Source: an uncultured virus (IMG/VR IMGVR_UViG_3300042356_002208)
Lineage: Duplodnaviria > Heunggongvirae > Uroviricota > Caudoviricetes
IMG/VR virus record: IMGVR_UViG_3300042356_002208
DNA: 20,000 nt
Reading direction: 5' to 3' (one strand)
In this document: positions 8,246 to 15,584 of the stretch, piece after piece
How positions within the stretch are numbered: the stretch's first letter is position 1
How the letters are laid out: every line of letters starts with the position of its first letter
Made by a program: the position numbers and the translations under genes
Notes under the pieces: model-generated
Seen by the model: only the letters and a program-made list of their open reading frames with translations
Told to the model about the DNA's origin: nothing
Databases searched by the model: none

Positions 8246-9060
8246 TGTTCAAATTTTATTTTAGCCTCTTTTGCAATTTGCTCTATCGACTTTTGATTTC
8301 CTTTACTGTCTCTTGTGTTAATAATCACGTCATATTCACCCTGAGGCTGTGGTTTAGGGTAAATCCAATATTCTCTATTCTCATCCGATATACCGAGATC
8401 CGTTAGAAATACTTCTACCCATTCTTCTTTCGGTAGTAAAGATCTTATCTCATCGGCAGTCCATGACTTATCTGGGTCAACACCACCTCGAATAGGTTTT
8501 GCATAATACTTAAAACAGTAGGAATTCTTAAGAACACCATCCAAAGGTCTGTCTCCCCTTCTCTGAACATTCTTAATAGTGTGATCTATGGGAGCATGAA
8601 TAAGTAACCATTTTGGTTTATCCGCCTTATTAAACATATCGATCACCCTCCCCTCAACATCATCATATATCACCTTATTCTTATCGTGTGGCTTACCGAA
8701 TAGATTTCCCGAAGCATCTTTTAGACCTGTTTCAAAAATCTTACCATACATAGCTTCTTGTGCCATATACCATCTAGCAGCCTTATCGTAATTAGGATAA
8801 TCCTCTGGACTAGTATACTTATATGGACATCCTGGATAGATCTCTGAAATAGTTGGCTTTCCCCTATTACCAAAATCTTCCATTCCCAATTCTTCAAACA
8901 TAACATTGTAAAAAGAGTCTACCGCTAATACACACCAAGATGAATCTAGATTAACCAAAGCTGAGCTTTTACCTGCGGAAGATGCACCATCCAATATAAA
9001 ATGCTTTAGCTTATTGCCATCTCCAGGAGAGAAATATTCAAATAGCTTAATGTACCTCAT
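8242..9060 (-). CDS. Tagged P-loop kinase (chloramphenicol phosphotransferase/nucleotide kinase-like)
   Basis: 272 aa; Walker A ILDGASSAGKS, VIYDD Walker B-like, lid RRGDR; starts MRYIKLFEYF. Confidence 0.75.
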   Translation of the reverse strand: MRYIKLFEYFSPGDGNKLKHFILDGASSAGKSSALVNLDSSWCVLAVDSFYNVMFEELGMEDFGNRGKPTISEIYPGCPYKYTSPEDYPNYDKAARWYMAQEAMYGKIFETGLKDASGNLFGKPHDKNKVIYDDVEGRVIDMFNKADKPKWLLIHAPIDHTIKNVQRRGDRPLDGVLKNSYCFKYYAKPIRGGVDPDKSWTADEIRSLLPKEEWVEVFLTDLGISDENREYWIYPKPQPQGEYDVIINTRDSKGNQKSIEQIAKEAKIKFEQ

Positions 9061-9532
9061 CTTCCTTTTTTTTCAAACTATATATCGTCTCTATCCAATT
9101 AGGGAATTCCTCGTAGATGTTTTCTGGACTAAGAACATACCCTAACTTTTCATAATCCTCTGGCTTACCAACTCTAAAAGATTGTTTGGAGTTATCGGAG
9201 AATTGCTTATATGTAAAATCTATAACCCATCCTTCCAAATAAGGAGCTATATGAGCCTCCTTGTTCTTCTTTGTTTCGTCGAAGTAGATAAGTTTAATCG
9301 GCAGTCTCTGATTCTCACACCACTCGAAGAACTTCTTGGAGTACCATGCACAGTTCCCTATCTTTGGATCGAATTTCTCTCCCTTTCTAAGATCATAATC
9401 CTTTCCCAAATCTCTGAGAAATGCCTCAGCTAATTTTTCAAAATCCTCCTTGAAATTAGGAACGTTGAATACCATAGCACTATAGTCGGCATTAGTTGCT
9501 GTGTATGATTCGAATAGCTGGATATACCTCAT
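9047..9532 (-). CDS. Tagged papain/transglutaminase-fold protein
   Basis: Start re-assigned to ATG 9532 (MRYIQLFESY); putative triad GNC(AW)...AH(IAP)...IDFTYKQF. Confidence 0.65.
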   Translation of the reverse strand: MRYIQLFESYTATNADYSAMVFNVPNFKEDFEKLAEAFLRDLGKDYDLRKGEKFDPKIGNCAWYSKKFFEWCENQRLPIKLIYFDETKKNKEAHIAPYLEGWVIDFTYKQFSDNSKQSFRVGKPEDYEKLGYVLSPENIYEEFPNWIETIYSLKKKEDEVH

Positions 9533-9536
9533 GAAT

Positions 9537-9545
9537 CTATATATC
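9537..9545 (-). promoter_or_regulatory. RATATATA late-promoter-like motif, 5 nt before ATG
   Basis: GATATATA-GATTC-ATG on - strand. Confidence 0.6.
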
Positions 9546-9547
9546 AC

Positions 9548-9580
9548 AAAAAATCCCTGCCTATTAGAGACAGGGATTTT
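9548..9580 (-). terminator. Intrinsic terminator after the HTH gene
   Basis: Minus strand AAAATCCCTG-loop-CAGGGATTTTTT. Confidence 0.75.
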
Positions 9581-9600
9581 ATTTCGGTATAAGAGTTTAA

Positions 9601-10038
9601 TTACTCCAGTGTGATGACAATTTTAGCTCCGGTTACCTTAGCTAACTTCTTAAGATCCATTAGACCTTGAACTGCGTTAGCATATACAGTGGTCTGTGGT
9701 GCTGGATTTGCCTTAGGGAGACTCATCTTAGTTTCATTTTTCTGAGTTTCCATTTTAGGAGTTTCGATTTTTAATTTCTTTTTACCTCCTCGCATCTTGG
9801 TGCTAACTGTAGTCGGAGCAACGATTCCCTTCCCTTTAGAGGAAGCCAATCTTCTATCAATGCCCATGGAGCTTTTTCTGCACCATATAGAAGCTTTAGT
9901 TCTTCCTAAGATCTTAGCGATCTCTACGGTTGAAGCACCCTTTGCAGCCAAAGACTGTAGGATGTTTAGATCATCTTTTGTCCACGCCTTATTGTTAGAA
10001 GGAGCGGCTGTGTTAACTGGTTTTTTTTCGTAAGCCAT
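9601..10038 (-). CDS. Basic Myb/GcrA-like HTH protein
   Basis: 145 aa; WTKDDLNILQSLAAKGASTVEIAKILGRTKASIWCRKS; Lys-rich low-complexity linker. Confidence 0.7.
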   Translation of the reverse strand: MAYEKKPVNTAAPSNNKAWTKDDLNILQSLAAKGASTVEIAKILGRTKASIWCRKSSMGIDRRLASSKGKGIVAPTTVSTKMRGGKKKLKIETPKMETQKNETKMSLPKANPAPQTTVYANAVQGLMDLKKLAKVTGAKIVITLE

Positions 10039-10062
10039 AAATAATGTTTTTTAAATTATACT

Positions 10063-10085
10063 CAAATATATTAAAGGATTACGGG
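10063..10085 (-). promoter_or_regulatory. Bipartite promoter-like motif with a perfect Bacteroidota -7 box
   Basis: Minus strand CCCGTAA-tcctttaa-TATATTTG (TAnnTTTG consensus). Confidence 0.55.
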
Positions 10086-10107
10086 GGAAAAAAATAATTT
10101 GAAAAAT

Positions 10108-10515
10108 TTATTTTGATAAATCAGCGATAAGATCGTTGATTCTATTTTTCCCCTTCTCACCGATAGGTATCGGATGTCCCTCCTCATCTATATGAACAAA
10201 TTTAATGTGTGTTCTAAGAACTAATATTTGCTTACCAGTATAAACATTATGAGCTCTAGCCTCCATAATTAAAGTAATAGAACTGTTACCAACTCCTGTC
10301 GGATAACCATATATTTTAAGTAGCTGTCCTTCTCTTGCTGGTTTTTCAAAATTGCACTTGTCTATCTGTACAGTTACCATTCTTGGCGTATCACATAGCT
10401 GCATCGAATAACCAGCTGCAGCTGCATCGATCCAAGCCAATAGTTTTCCTCCAAATAGATTCCCATGGAAACCCAAATCAGACTTCTTAATTGGATGTGT
10501 GTTTAGTAACTCCAT
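10108..10515 (-). CDS. Acyl-CoA thioesterase (HotDog fold, YciA-like)
   Basis: DLGFHGNLFGGKLLAWIDAAA, RMVTV, FVHIDEEGHPIP; start taken at ATG 10515. Confidence 0.9.
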   Translation of the reverse strand: MELLNTHPIKKSDLGFHGNLFGGKLLAWIDAAAAGYSMQLCDTPRMVTVQIDKCNFEKPAREGQLLKIYGYPTGVGNSSITLIMEARAHNVYTGKQILVLRTHIKFVHIDEEGHPIPIGEKGKNRINDLIADLSK

Positions 10516-10516
10516 T

Positions 10517-10825
10517 TTATTTGTATAACTTAGCAATCTCGTTTATCTGGTCGATCTTTTCCTTGGATAAACTATAATAAGCTCCCTGTAGAGCAACAAG
10601 AGACTTCTCAAAATCTATCTGATCATAAGAGGCATCCGAGCTAAATATTAATGCGGCTTTTCCTTTAGAATATTCGCTTAAGTTTTCTTTTAGTGAATCC
10701 ATGAGATCATTATCTTCTGATGCCTCTTCCACAAGTATACCGATCATTTCCTTCTTTTCCCTTTTAGACATTTCTCTCCAGTAATCATCTGGATCAACAT
10801 CTACCCATGCTTCAAAATTTGCCAT
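10517..10825 (-). CDS. Hypothetical acidic protein
   Basis: 102 aa ORF abutting the thioesterase gene. Confidence 0.7.
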   Translation of the reverse strand: MANFEAWVDVDPDDYWREMSKREKKEMIGILVEEASEDNDLMDSLKENLSEYSKGKAALIFSSDASYDQIDFEKSLVALQGAYYSLSKEKIDQINEIAKLYK

Positions 10826-10924
10826 AATTATTATTTTTAATTTATATGAGTGTCATTCAAAATATTTCGGCAAAATTAAAAATTTTCCAATATATACAAT
10901 CGGATAACTCGAATCCCTCAATTT

Positions 10925-10967
10925 TTTTCCACTATGAATAAAAATTGTGCAAAAATTTTCCACTATG
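10925..10967. repeat. 12-bp direct repeat pair
   Basis: TTTTCCACTATG at 10925-10936 and 10956-10967; partial copy AAAAATTTTCCA at 10878-10889. Confidence 0.6.
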
Positions 10968-10986
10968 GACCCTGAGCATAAGGATA

Positions 10987-11202
10987 ATGAATCACAGAAA
11001 AAAGATCCAGACAGTTGCCCTGATCCTAGCAACGTTTTTCAATCCACTAGGATTCGACGCTTTATTCGCTCTTGTGATGAAGTGGACAGGGTCATATTGG
11101 GCAACCGATTTAATCTTCTATTTCACATCTCTCCTATTTTTTGGATTATATTTTTTTATGGGTATCAATGTAAAAAATAACACCCCTAATAAAGATATCT
11201 AA
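10987..11202 (+). CDS. Small membrane protein
   Basis: Start re-assigned to ATG 10987 (MNHRKK); hydrophobic segments VALILATFFNPLGFDALFALV and LIFYFTSLLFFGLYFFM. Confidence 0.7.
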   Translation: MNHRKKIQTVALILATFFNPLGFDALFALVMKWTGSYWATDLIFYFTSLLFFGLYFFMGINVKNNTPNKDI

Positions 11203-11516
11203 ATGGAGAATTAGTTAGCATTAATAAATGCAGGAAGTTTACAGAAGAGCATAAGAAAAAAATATCATGGTTAGGAAAATCTCATACTCAAGAATCTAGG
11301 GAAAAAATGAGTAAATCACAGAAGGGAAAGGAAAGAAACCACAGAACTAGAGCAAAAATCCTAATCCAGATGGATTTAAATATGAATTTTATTAGAGAAT
11401 GGAACAGTTTATCAGAGGCTGCCAAATTCTATAATGCTAGTTGTGGCAGCTTATTTACAGGTATCAATCATCCAGAAAAAACGAGATTAGGATGTAAATG
11501 GAAATGGAAGGAGTAA
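11193..11516 (+). pseudogene. Homing-endonuclease remnant (NUMOD3 + NUMOD1/IENR1-like DNA-binding modules, no nuclease domain)
   Basis: Frame of ORF 11307 is open back to 11193 with no ATG: RYLNGELVSINKCRKFTEEHKKKIS..HTQESREKMSKSQKGK..IQMDLNMNFIREWNSLSEAAK..CKWKWKE. Confidence 0.7.
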
Positions 11517-11565
11517 TTTCCATTACTTTTTTCTGGCTTATATTTTTGGCTTTCGGATAAACCTA

Positions 11566-11772
11566 TTAGGATACCAGGGATAGGGAATAAAAAGAGGATT
11601 CCTTAATGTCCATTTCCCTTATGAGTCTAACTAATGCTGAGAGGTAAGCATCACAGGGATGAGCATGTACACCCTTATCTATTTCTATTTTAGCCTCATT
11701 CATTAATGGATCTATAATTCCCAATTTGTGGCCTTCAAAAAGGATTTCTTCTAGAAATTCGGAGTTGCTCAT
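11566..11772 (-). CDS. Small hypothetical protein
   Basis: 68 aa; AATATATA motif (11787-11780) 7 nt before the ATG. Confidence 0.6.
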   Translation of the reverse strand: MSNSEFLEEILFEGHKLGIIDPLMNEAKIEIDKGVHAHPCDAYLSALVRLIREMDIKESSFYSLSLVS

Positions 11773-11797
11773 AGTCCGTTATATATTTACTTAGAAG

Positions 11798-11826
11798 TAA
11801 AAATCAGGGAACCGTGTTCCCTGATT
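11798..11826 (-). terminator. Intrinsic terminator
   Basis: Minus strand AATCAGGGAAC-ACG-GTTCCCTGATT-TTT. Confidence 0.7.
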
Positions 11827-11900
11827 CTAAACCAAAACAAACATTTTTAGAGAACCTCCTAAATGTTGCTAGTGTTCTATATCAGAAAGAATAAATGGTT

Positions 11901-12101
11901 TCACCTATTAATCAGCATTTCGCTAAAAATATATCGTAAACAGTCGGAATGCTTAGATTTATTCTCGTTTTTTAGAATTTCTAGAGCTTCATTTGGCTTA
12001 ACCTTTCGAGTAATGGAGAAAACATCATTCAATATGGATTCCCCCCAAACCTCTTTAGCCTCCTTAATGGTCTGGGATTTAATAACAAAAGCTTTAATCA
12101 T
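11901..12101 (-). CDS. Small hypothetical protein
   Basis: Start re-assigned to ATG 12101 (MIKAFVIK), 2 nt after the stop of ORF 12104-12286. Confidence 0.55.
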   Translation of the reverse strand: MIKAFVIKSQTIKEAKEVWGESILNDVFSITRKVKPNEALEILKNENKSKHSDCLRYIFSEMLINR

Positions 12102-12103
12102 AA

Positions 12104-12286
12104 TTAGTAAAGTAAATTTGATGGCATCTCTGGCCCTAGATACCCTCCACCATAATCCTGACAGGAACACTCTCTAATTTTCTGTCCACATTCATTGCAA
12201 TTTGTGGACTTCTTCGATTTGGATTTTGTGATTTTTTTGTCCTCTTTTTTGGACTCGGTGATAAATTCTTGGAATTTAAGTATCAT
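12104..12286 (-). CDS. Tagged basic micro-protein with CxxC-x6-CxC motif
   Basis: 60 aa; MILKFQEFITE tag; CNECGQKIRECSC; GATATATA-AGTAC-ATG upstream. Confidence 0.7.
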   Translation of the reverse strand: MILKFQEFITESKKEDKKITKSKSKKSTNCNECGQKIRECSCQDYGGGYLGPEMPSNLLY

Positions 12287-12304
12287 GTACTTATATATCC
12301 AACC

Positions 12305-13057
12305 TTATCTATGTGTTACGATCGGATATAGAACTTCAGTCACGAATTCGTTCATATCCTTAAGAGAGATTTTATCCAATGAATCACCTTTGCTATGACA
12401 TAAATACCAAGAAGAATTATCTAGGAAAGAATCTCCTTGCTTAATACCAGACTCTCCTTCTAATAGCATCGGAAGAGGATTGATGACATTGGTATCGATT
12501 CCATACCTGGAAATAGCATAACAGTCACTGGGAGGAGTTTGAACTACAGGTGCATCGAATATACCAAGAATGTGCTCTGTTAGTTTCCCTGAATGTGCCC
12601 CGATCATAAAGTTCTTACCCCCCTTACCACTTAGCTCTATATTAAGAACCCATTCAATATCACCAAAATCCCCACAGAGGATTTGTTTAGCTAAATGATT
12701 AGCACCAATAAATCCAACTTCCTCACCATCTGTAAGAACAACATTAAGATCAGGGACTAAGGATTTTAAGTAGATTGCATTTATTACAGATGCTGAGTTA
12801 TCGTTAGCATTATCCGAATCTGGGTTCACTATATCATGATGAGCTATTACCATTCTATTACTAGTTCCACGAAGAATGATATTATGGTATGTTGTTTCTC
12901 TAGCTAGGAAACTATCTAACTCGTAGGGAATCTCAAGTCCATCTAACAAAGACAATAGAAACTTTACTCGTGGAGTTGGCTCTTCAGTATTTAATGTAGC
13001 ATTTCCTGCGTTTTTTTCTTGGCAGAATGGTGCTAATGATTCTAATATCTTGTTCAT
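12305..13057 (-). CDS. Peptidase M28-family metallohydrolase
   Basis: 250 aa; IAHHD, NANDNSASV, TDGEEVG, LNIEL, SD, terminal CHS-x-GD. Confidence 0.85.
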   Translation of the reverse strand: MNKILESLAPFCQEKNAGNATLNTEEPTPRVKFLLSLLDGLEIPYELDSFLARETTYHNIILRGTSNRMVIAHHDIVNPDSDNANDNSASVINAIYLKSLVPDLNVVLTDGEEVGFIGANHLAKQILCGDFGDIEWVLNIELSGKGGKNFMIGAHSGKLTEHILGIFDAPVVQTPPSDCYAISRYGIDTNVINPLPMLLEGESGIKQGDSFLDNSSWYLCHSKGDSLDKISLKDMNEFVTEVLYPIVTHR

Positions 13058-13074
13058 GTCCTTATATTTAAGAG

Positions 13075-13097
13075 CTAATTTACAACAACGTTACGGG
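13075..13097 (-). promoter_or_regulatory. Bipartite promoter-like motif
   Basis: Minus strand CCCGTAA-cgttgttg-TAAATTAG. Confidence 0.5.
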
Positions 13098-13184
13098 ATA
13101 AAAAAGATAAATCAGATTATTATATTTTTTAAATGATCTGAAATAATAGATGTCTTTTACGATATAAAAATTAAATTTGAGGTA

Positions 13185-13763
13185 ATGAAAGGTGAGATAA
13201 AGTCTAAATTGGTTTCTATAATAGGAGCTCCATCATCAGGGAAAAGCACACTGGCAGCTTCTGTGCATCATGGATTAAAAATAAGAAAACAGAATTCGAT
13301 CTTTGTCGGAGAAGCAGCTACTGATTATATAGCCGAGTGGGGAATTCCGGATACCCCTGTTGACCAAATAGTTATCTTTTATAAGCAGCTAGGAAGAGAA
13401 AGAATGTACGATGGTAGTAAAGATTGGATCATATGCGACTCGAGCTCAATCCTAAACTATTTCTATTTTAGATCCAGATTCAATTCAACTCTATCGCAGA
13501 AAGACATAGCAACGATAAATCATATCCAGAAGGAGATTCTGAAATCTCTCAATCAGTGGCACAAGATATACTACGTACCACCCTTTCTTGAAGAGGATGA
13601 GCAGGATGGTATCAGATATCACAATAAGGCAGAGATCATAAAACTTGATTCGATTATCAAGAATTATCTAGAACTTGAAAAGATTCCATATGTCGATTTA
13701 AGTCATATCCCTATACAGGATAGGGATGCTTATGTGATGAAGGATCTTTTAGTAAAGCTCTAG
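13185..13763 (+). CDS. NadR/Ttd14-type (AAA_28) P-loop kinase/ATPase
   Basis: 192 aa; SIIGAPSSGKSTLA, EAA, IICDSS, DGIR, LE..KIPY. Confidence 0.8.
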   Translation: MKGEIKSKLVSIIGAPSSGKSTLAASVHHGLKIRKQNSIFVGEAATDYIAEWGIPDTPVDQIVIFYKQLGRERMYDGSKDWIICDSSSILNYFYFRSRFNSTLSQKDIATINHIQKEILKSLNQWHKIYYVPPFLEEDEQDGIRYHNKAEIIKLDSIIKNYLELEKIPYVDLSHIPIQDRDAYVMKDLLVKL

Positions 13764-13774
13764 GATAATCTATC

Positions 13775-13783
13775 GATATATAG
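13775..13783 (+). promoter_or_regulatory. RATATATA late-promoter-like motif
   Basis: GATATATAG 15 nt upstream of GTG 13799. Confidence 0.55.
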
Positions 13784-13798
13784 AGAAAAAATCTACAA

Positions 13799-14350
13799 GT
13801 GAGGCACATAAGAAGTTTTAAAAAACTTAACGAGTCCGATGATGAATATTTCAATATCATGGACATTAAAGAAGGATTAGAGTCTCTGAAGAGTCAAGCT
13901 GAATCATATTTCATAATAAACATGGATGATCATAGTCCGGAATTAGATTATTCGGAGGATGATACAGAACTAAAAATCACTGCGGAACTAAGCGATCATC
14001 CAAGCGACTACTATATAGAGATGGACAATGAACAGATATCGAATGACCTTTTCGCCTATATAAATCCTTCTGAAGAAACCCCTCTATTTACGGCGAGCGA
14101 GATAGAAAAAGCGATATATGATGCGATAGGCAACAATGATGACGGGAGAGATTTTGTTGAATCGATATACACAGGGGATTGCACTATAAGCTGGACCGTA
14201 GAAAGAGGAAAATTTACCTATAACGAATTTAGGGTAACTGCAGAAATAAATGGAACCCCGGAGGTATCCTATGTAAATTGGGAAGATTTCGTAGATAGTG
14301 TTTTAAAAGAACTTGGTAGCAGGGCTGCTGGGAGAATCACATACTCCTAA
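13799..14350 (+). CDS. Tagged highly acidic protein
   Basis: 183 aa; starts MRHIRSFKKLNE; about 41 D/E vs about 15 K/R by hand count. Confidence 0.75.
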   Translation: MRHIRSFKKLNESDDEYFNIMDIKEGLESLKSQAESYFIINMDDHSPELDYSEDDTELKITAELSDHPSDYYIEMDNEQISNDLFAYINPSEETPLFTASEIEKAIYDAIGNNDDGRDFVESIYTGDCTISWTVERGKFTYNEFRVTAEINGTPEVSYVNWEDFVDSVLKELGSRAAGRITYS

Positions 14351-14592
14351 AAAGGCAGATCTAAGCTCAGAGAAGTTAGATGTTTTTCCGGAGCCTTCCA
14401 TTCTAAAAGTACCTCAGCAAAATCGTTTCGCGATAGCCGATTCAGAAAATAACATTTTTCCTCTATCAGATATCCAGGCTCATCTTCATTTTTAGACGAA
14501 TCGGTAATGTCATAGAAGTACCCAAGAGCGTGATCCCATCCATATGTCAATGTTCTATTGGTCTCCTGGTTTTTTATAACGTATCTACTCAT
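14347..14592 (-). CDS. Hypothetical protein
   Basis: 81 aa; TYGWDHALGYFYD; overlaps upstream ORF stop. Confidence 0.7.
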   Translation of the reverse strand: MSRYVIKNQETNRTLTYGWDHALGYFYDITDSSKNEDEPGYLIEEKCYFLNRLSRNDFAEVLLEWKAPEKHLTSLSLDLPF

Positions 14593-14803
14593 TTCCTGGT
14601 TTATTATAGGTGGTAAAATATTTCTTAGTCTCTGAAAGTTTTATAATTTCTTCGGGGGTTTCCTTTACCTCCCAAGCATATTCTACCCCCATGCAATAGA
14701 CCTCAGTTCTATCATCTAATCTATTCATTGCAGATATAAAAATAGGATTAATCCTAAGATCTCCTTGTACGTCGGAGTGTGTTAATTTAATAAATGTGCT
14801 CAT
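14585..14803 (-). CDS. FlbD-family-like small protein
   Basis: 72 aa; FIKLT..INP..I..T....VKETPEEII pattern; ATGA overlap with upstream gene. Confidence 0.65.
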   Translation of the reverse strand: MSTFIKLTHSDVQGDLRINPIFISAMNRLDDRTEVYCMGVEYAWEVKETPEEIIKLSETKKYFTTYNKPGNE

Positions 14804-15150
14804 GTGTATTTTATTACGTGTACTTCTAATTTATTTGCCGTTGCTAGATCTATCATGTGCTTAGTTCCTTTGCTCTCACCATTCCAGAAAGCAACTAGAA
14901 CGTCACCATAGTCTGCCATTTCCTTGTTTCTACGGTAACCTGCTGATTTACCATACTTATCCCATTCTGCAGGAAATTTTTTAATCGGTATCTTGTTGAA
15001 TTCAGCGTATTTTTCTCCAACCCTATCAGCCCCTTTAGCGCATCCACTAACAATTTCTCTTATTTCACGATTTTCAAAGATTCTTCTGCATGATTCATAT
15101 AGAAGTTCATATTCCATAAAGTCTCTACCTCCGGCTATGATTACTTTCAT
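14800..15150 (-). CDS. SLOG superfamily protein (DUF2493/YspA-like)
   Basis: 116 aa; MKVIIAGGRDF, IVSGCAKGAD, AEWDKYGKSAGYRRNKEM, FWNGESKGTKHMI. Confidence 0.85.
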   Translation of the reverse strand: MKVIIAGGRDFMEYELLYESCRRIFENREIREIVSGCAKGADRVGEKYAEFNKIPIKKFPAEWDKYGKSAGYRRNKEMADYGDVLVAFWNGESKGTKHMIDLATANKLEVHVIKYT

Positions 15151-15166
15151 TGTTTTAAAATTTAGG

Positions 15167-15189
15167 TAAATATAATAACAAATCCCGGA
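15167..15189 (-). promoter_or_regulatory. Bipartite promoter-like motif
   Basis: Minus strand TCCGGGA-tttgttat-TATATTTA. Confidence 0.45.
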
Positions 15190-15197
15190 AATAAAAA

Positions 15198-15581
15198 TTA
15201 TGTGAACTTTAAAGCCTTTTTAACCTTAAGTATTTTGTCCGTGACAGACCCAGTTTCTATAGGAGAATCCAGAACAAAGATAAGTCTTTGACAGTTCCCG
15301 TTTGGTGCAAATCTCCACGATATACCTGTACCCATTTCTTTCTCCAGAATGGTTTTTAAATCGTCTACTATATAGGAAATTCTGTTAGGTACAGATCCAT
15401 CCATGCTGGTTGGCCAATATTCAATTGCGAATTCTTCCTCGTCAATCCAAACGTAATCACTCTCCAATCCCGCTGACTCCAGGTACTTTTCTATATCCGG
15501 CCATATCTCTTTTATAAAATCATTTAAAAGTTCCTTTGGATCTTCTTCCTCAAAAGATTCGTATAGTTCTATATTTTTCAT
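15198..15581 (-). CDS. Tagged acidic hypothetical protein
   Basis: 127 aa; starts MKNIELYESF; basic C-terminal tail. Confidence 0.75.
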   Translation of the reverse strand: MKNIELYESFEEEDPKELLNDFIKEIWPDIEKYLESAGLESDYVWIDEEEFAIEYWPTSMDGSVPNRISYIVDDLKTILEKEMGTGISWRFAPNGNCQRLIFVLDSPIETGSVTDKILKVKKALKFT

Positions 15582-15584
15582 CGA

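Noticed and set aside
7430..9060. NARP1/NARP2 NAD-reconstitution pathway
   Set aside because: The PRTase looks like a single PRT domain and there is no NAMPT/Namat- or NMNAT-like partner in the window.
9533..9547. Track start at 9547 (MIYRF extension)
   Set aside because: It runs through the GATATATA motif; ATG 9532 gives the tag MRYIQLFESY at the standard 5-nt spacing.
14585..14803. Flagellar function for the FlbD-like gene
   Set aside because: There is no flagellar context; the similarity is only a short motif pattern.
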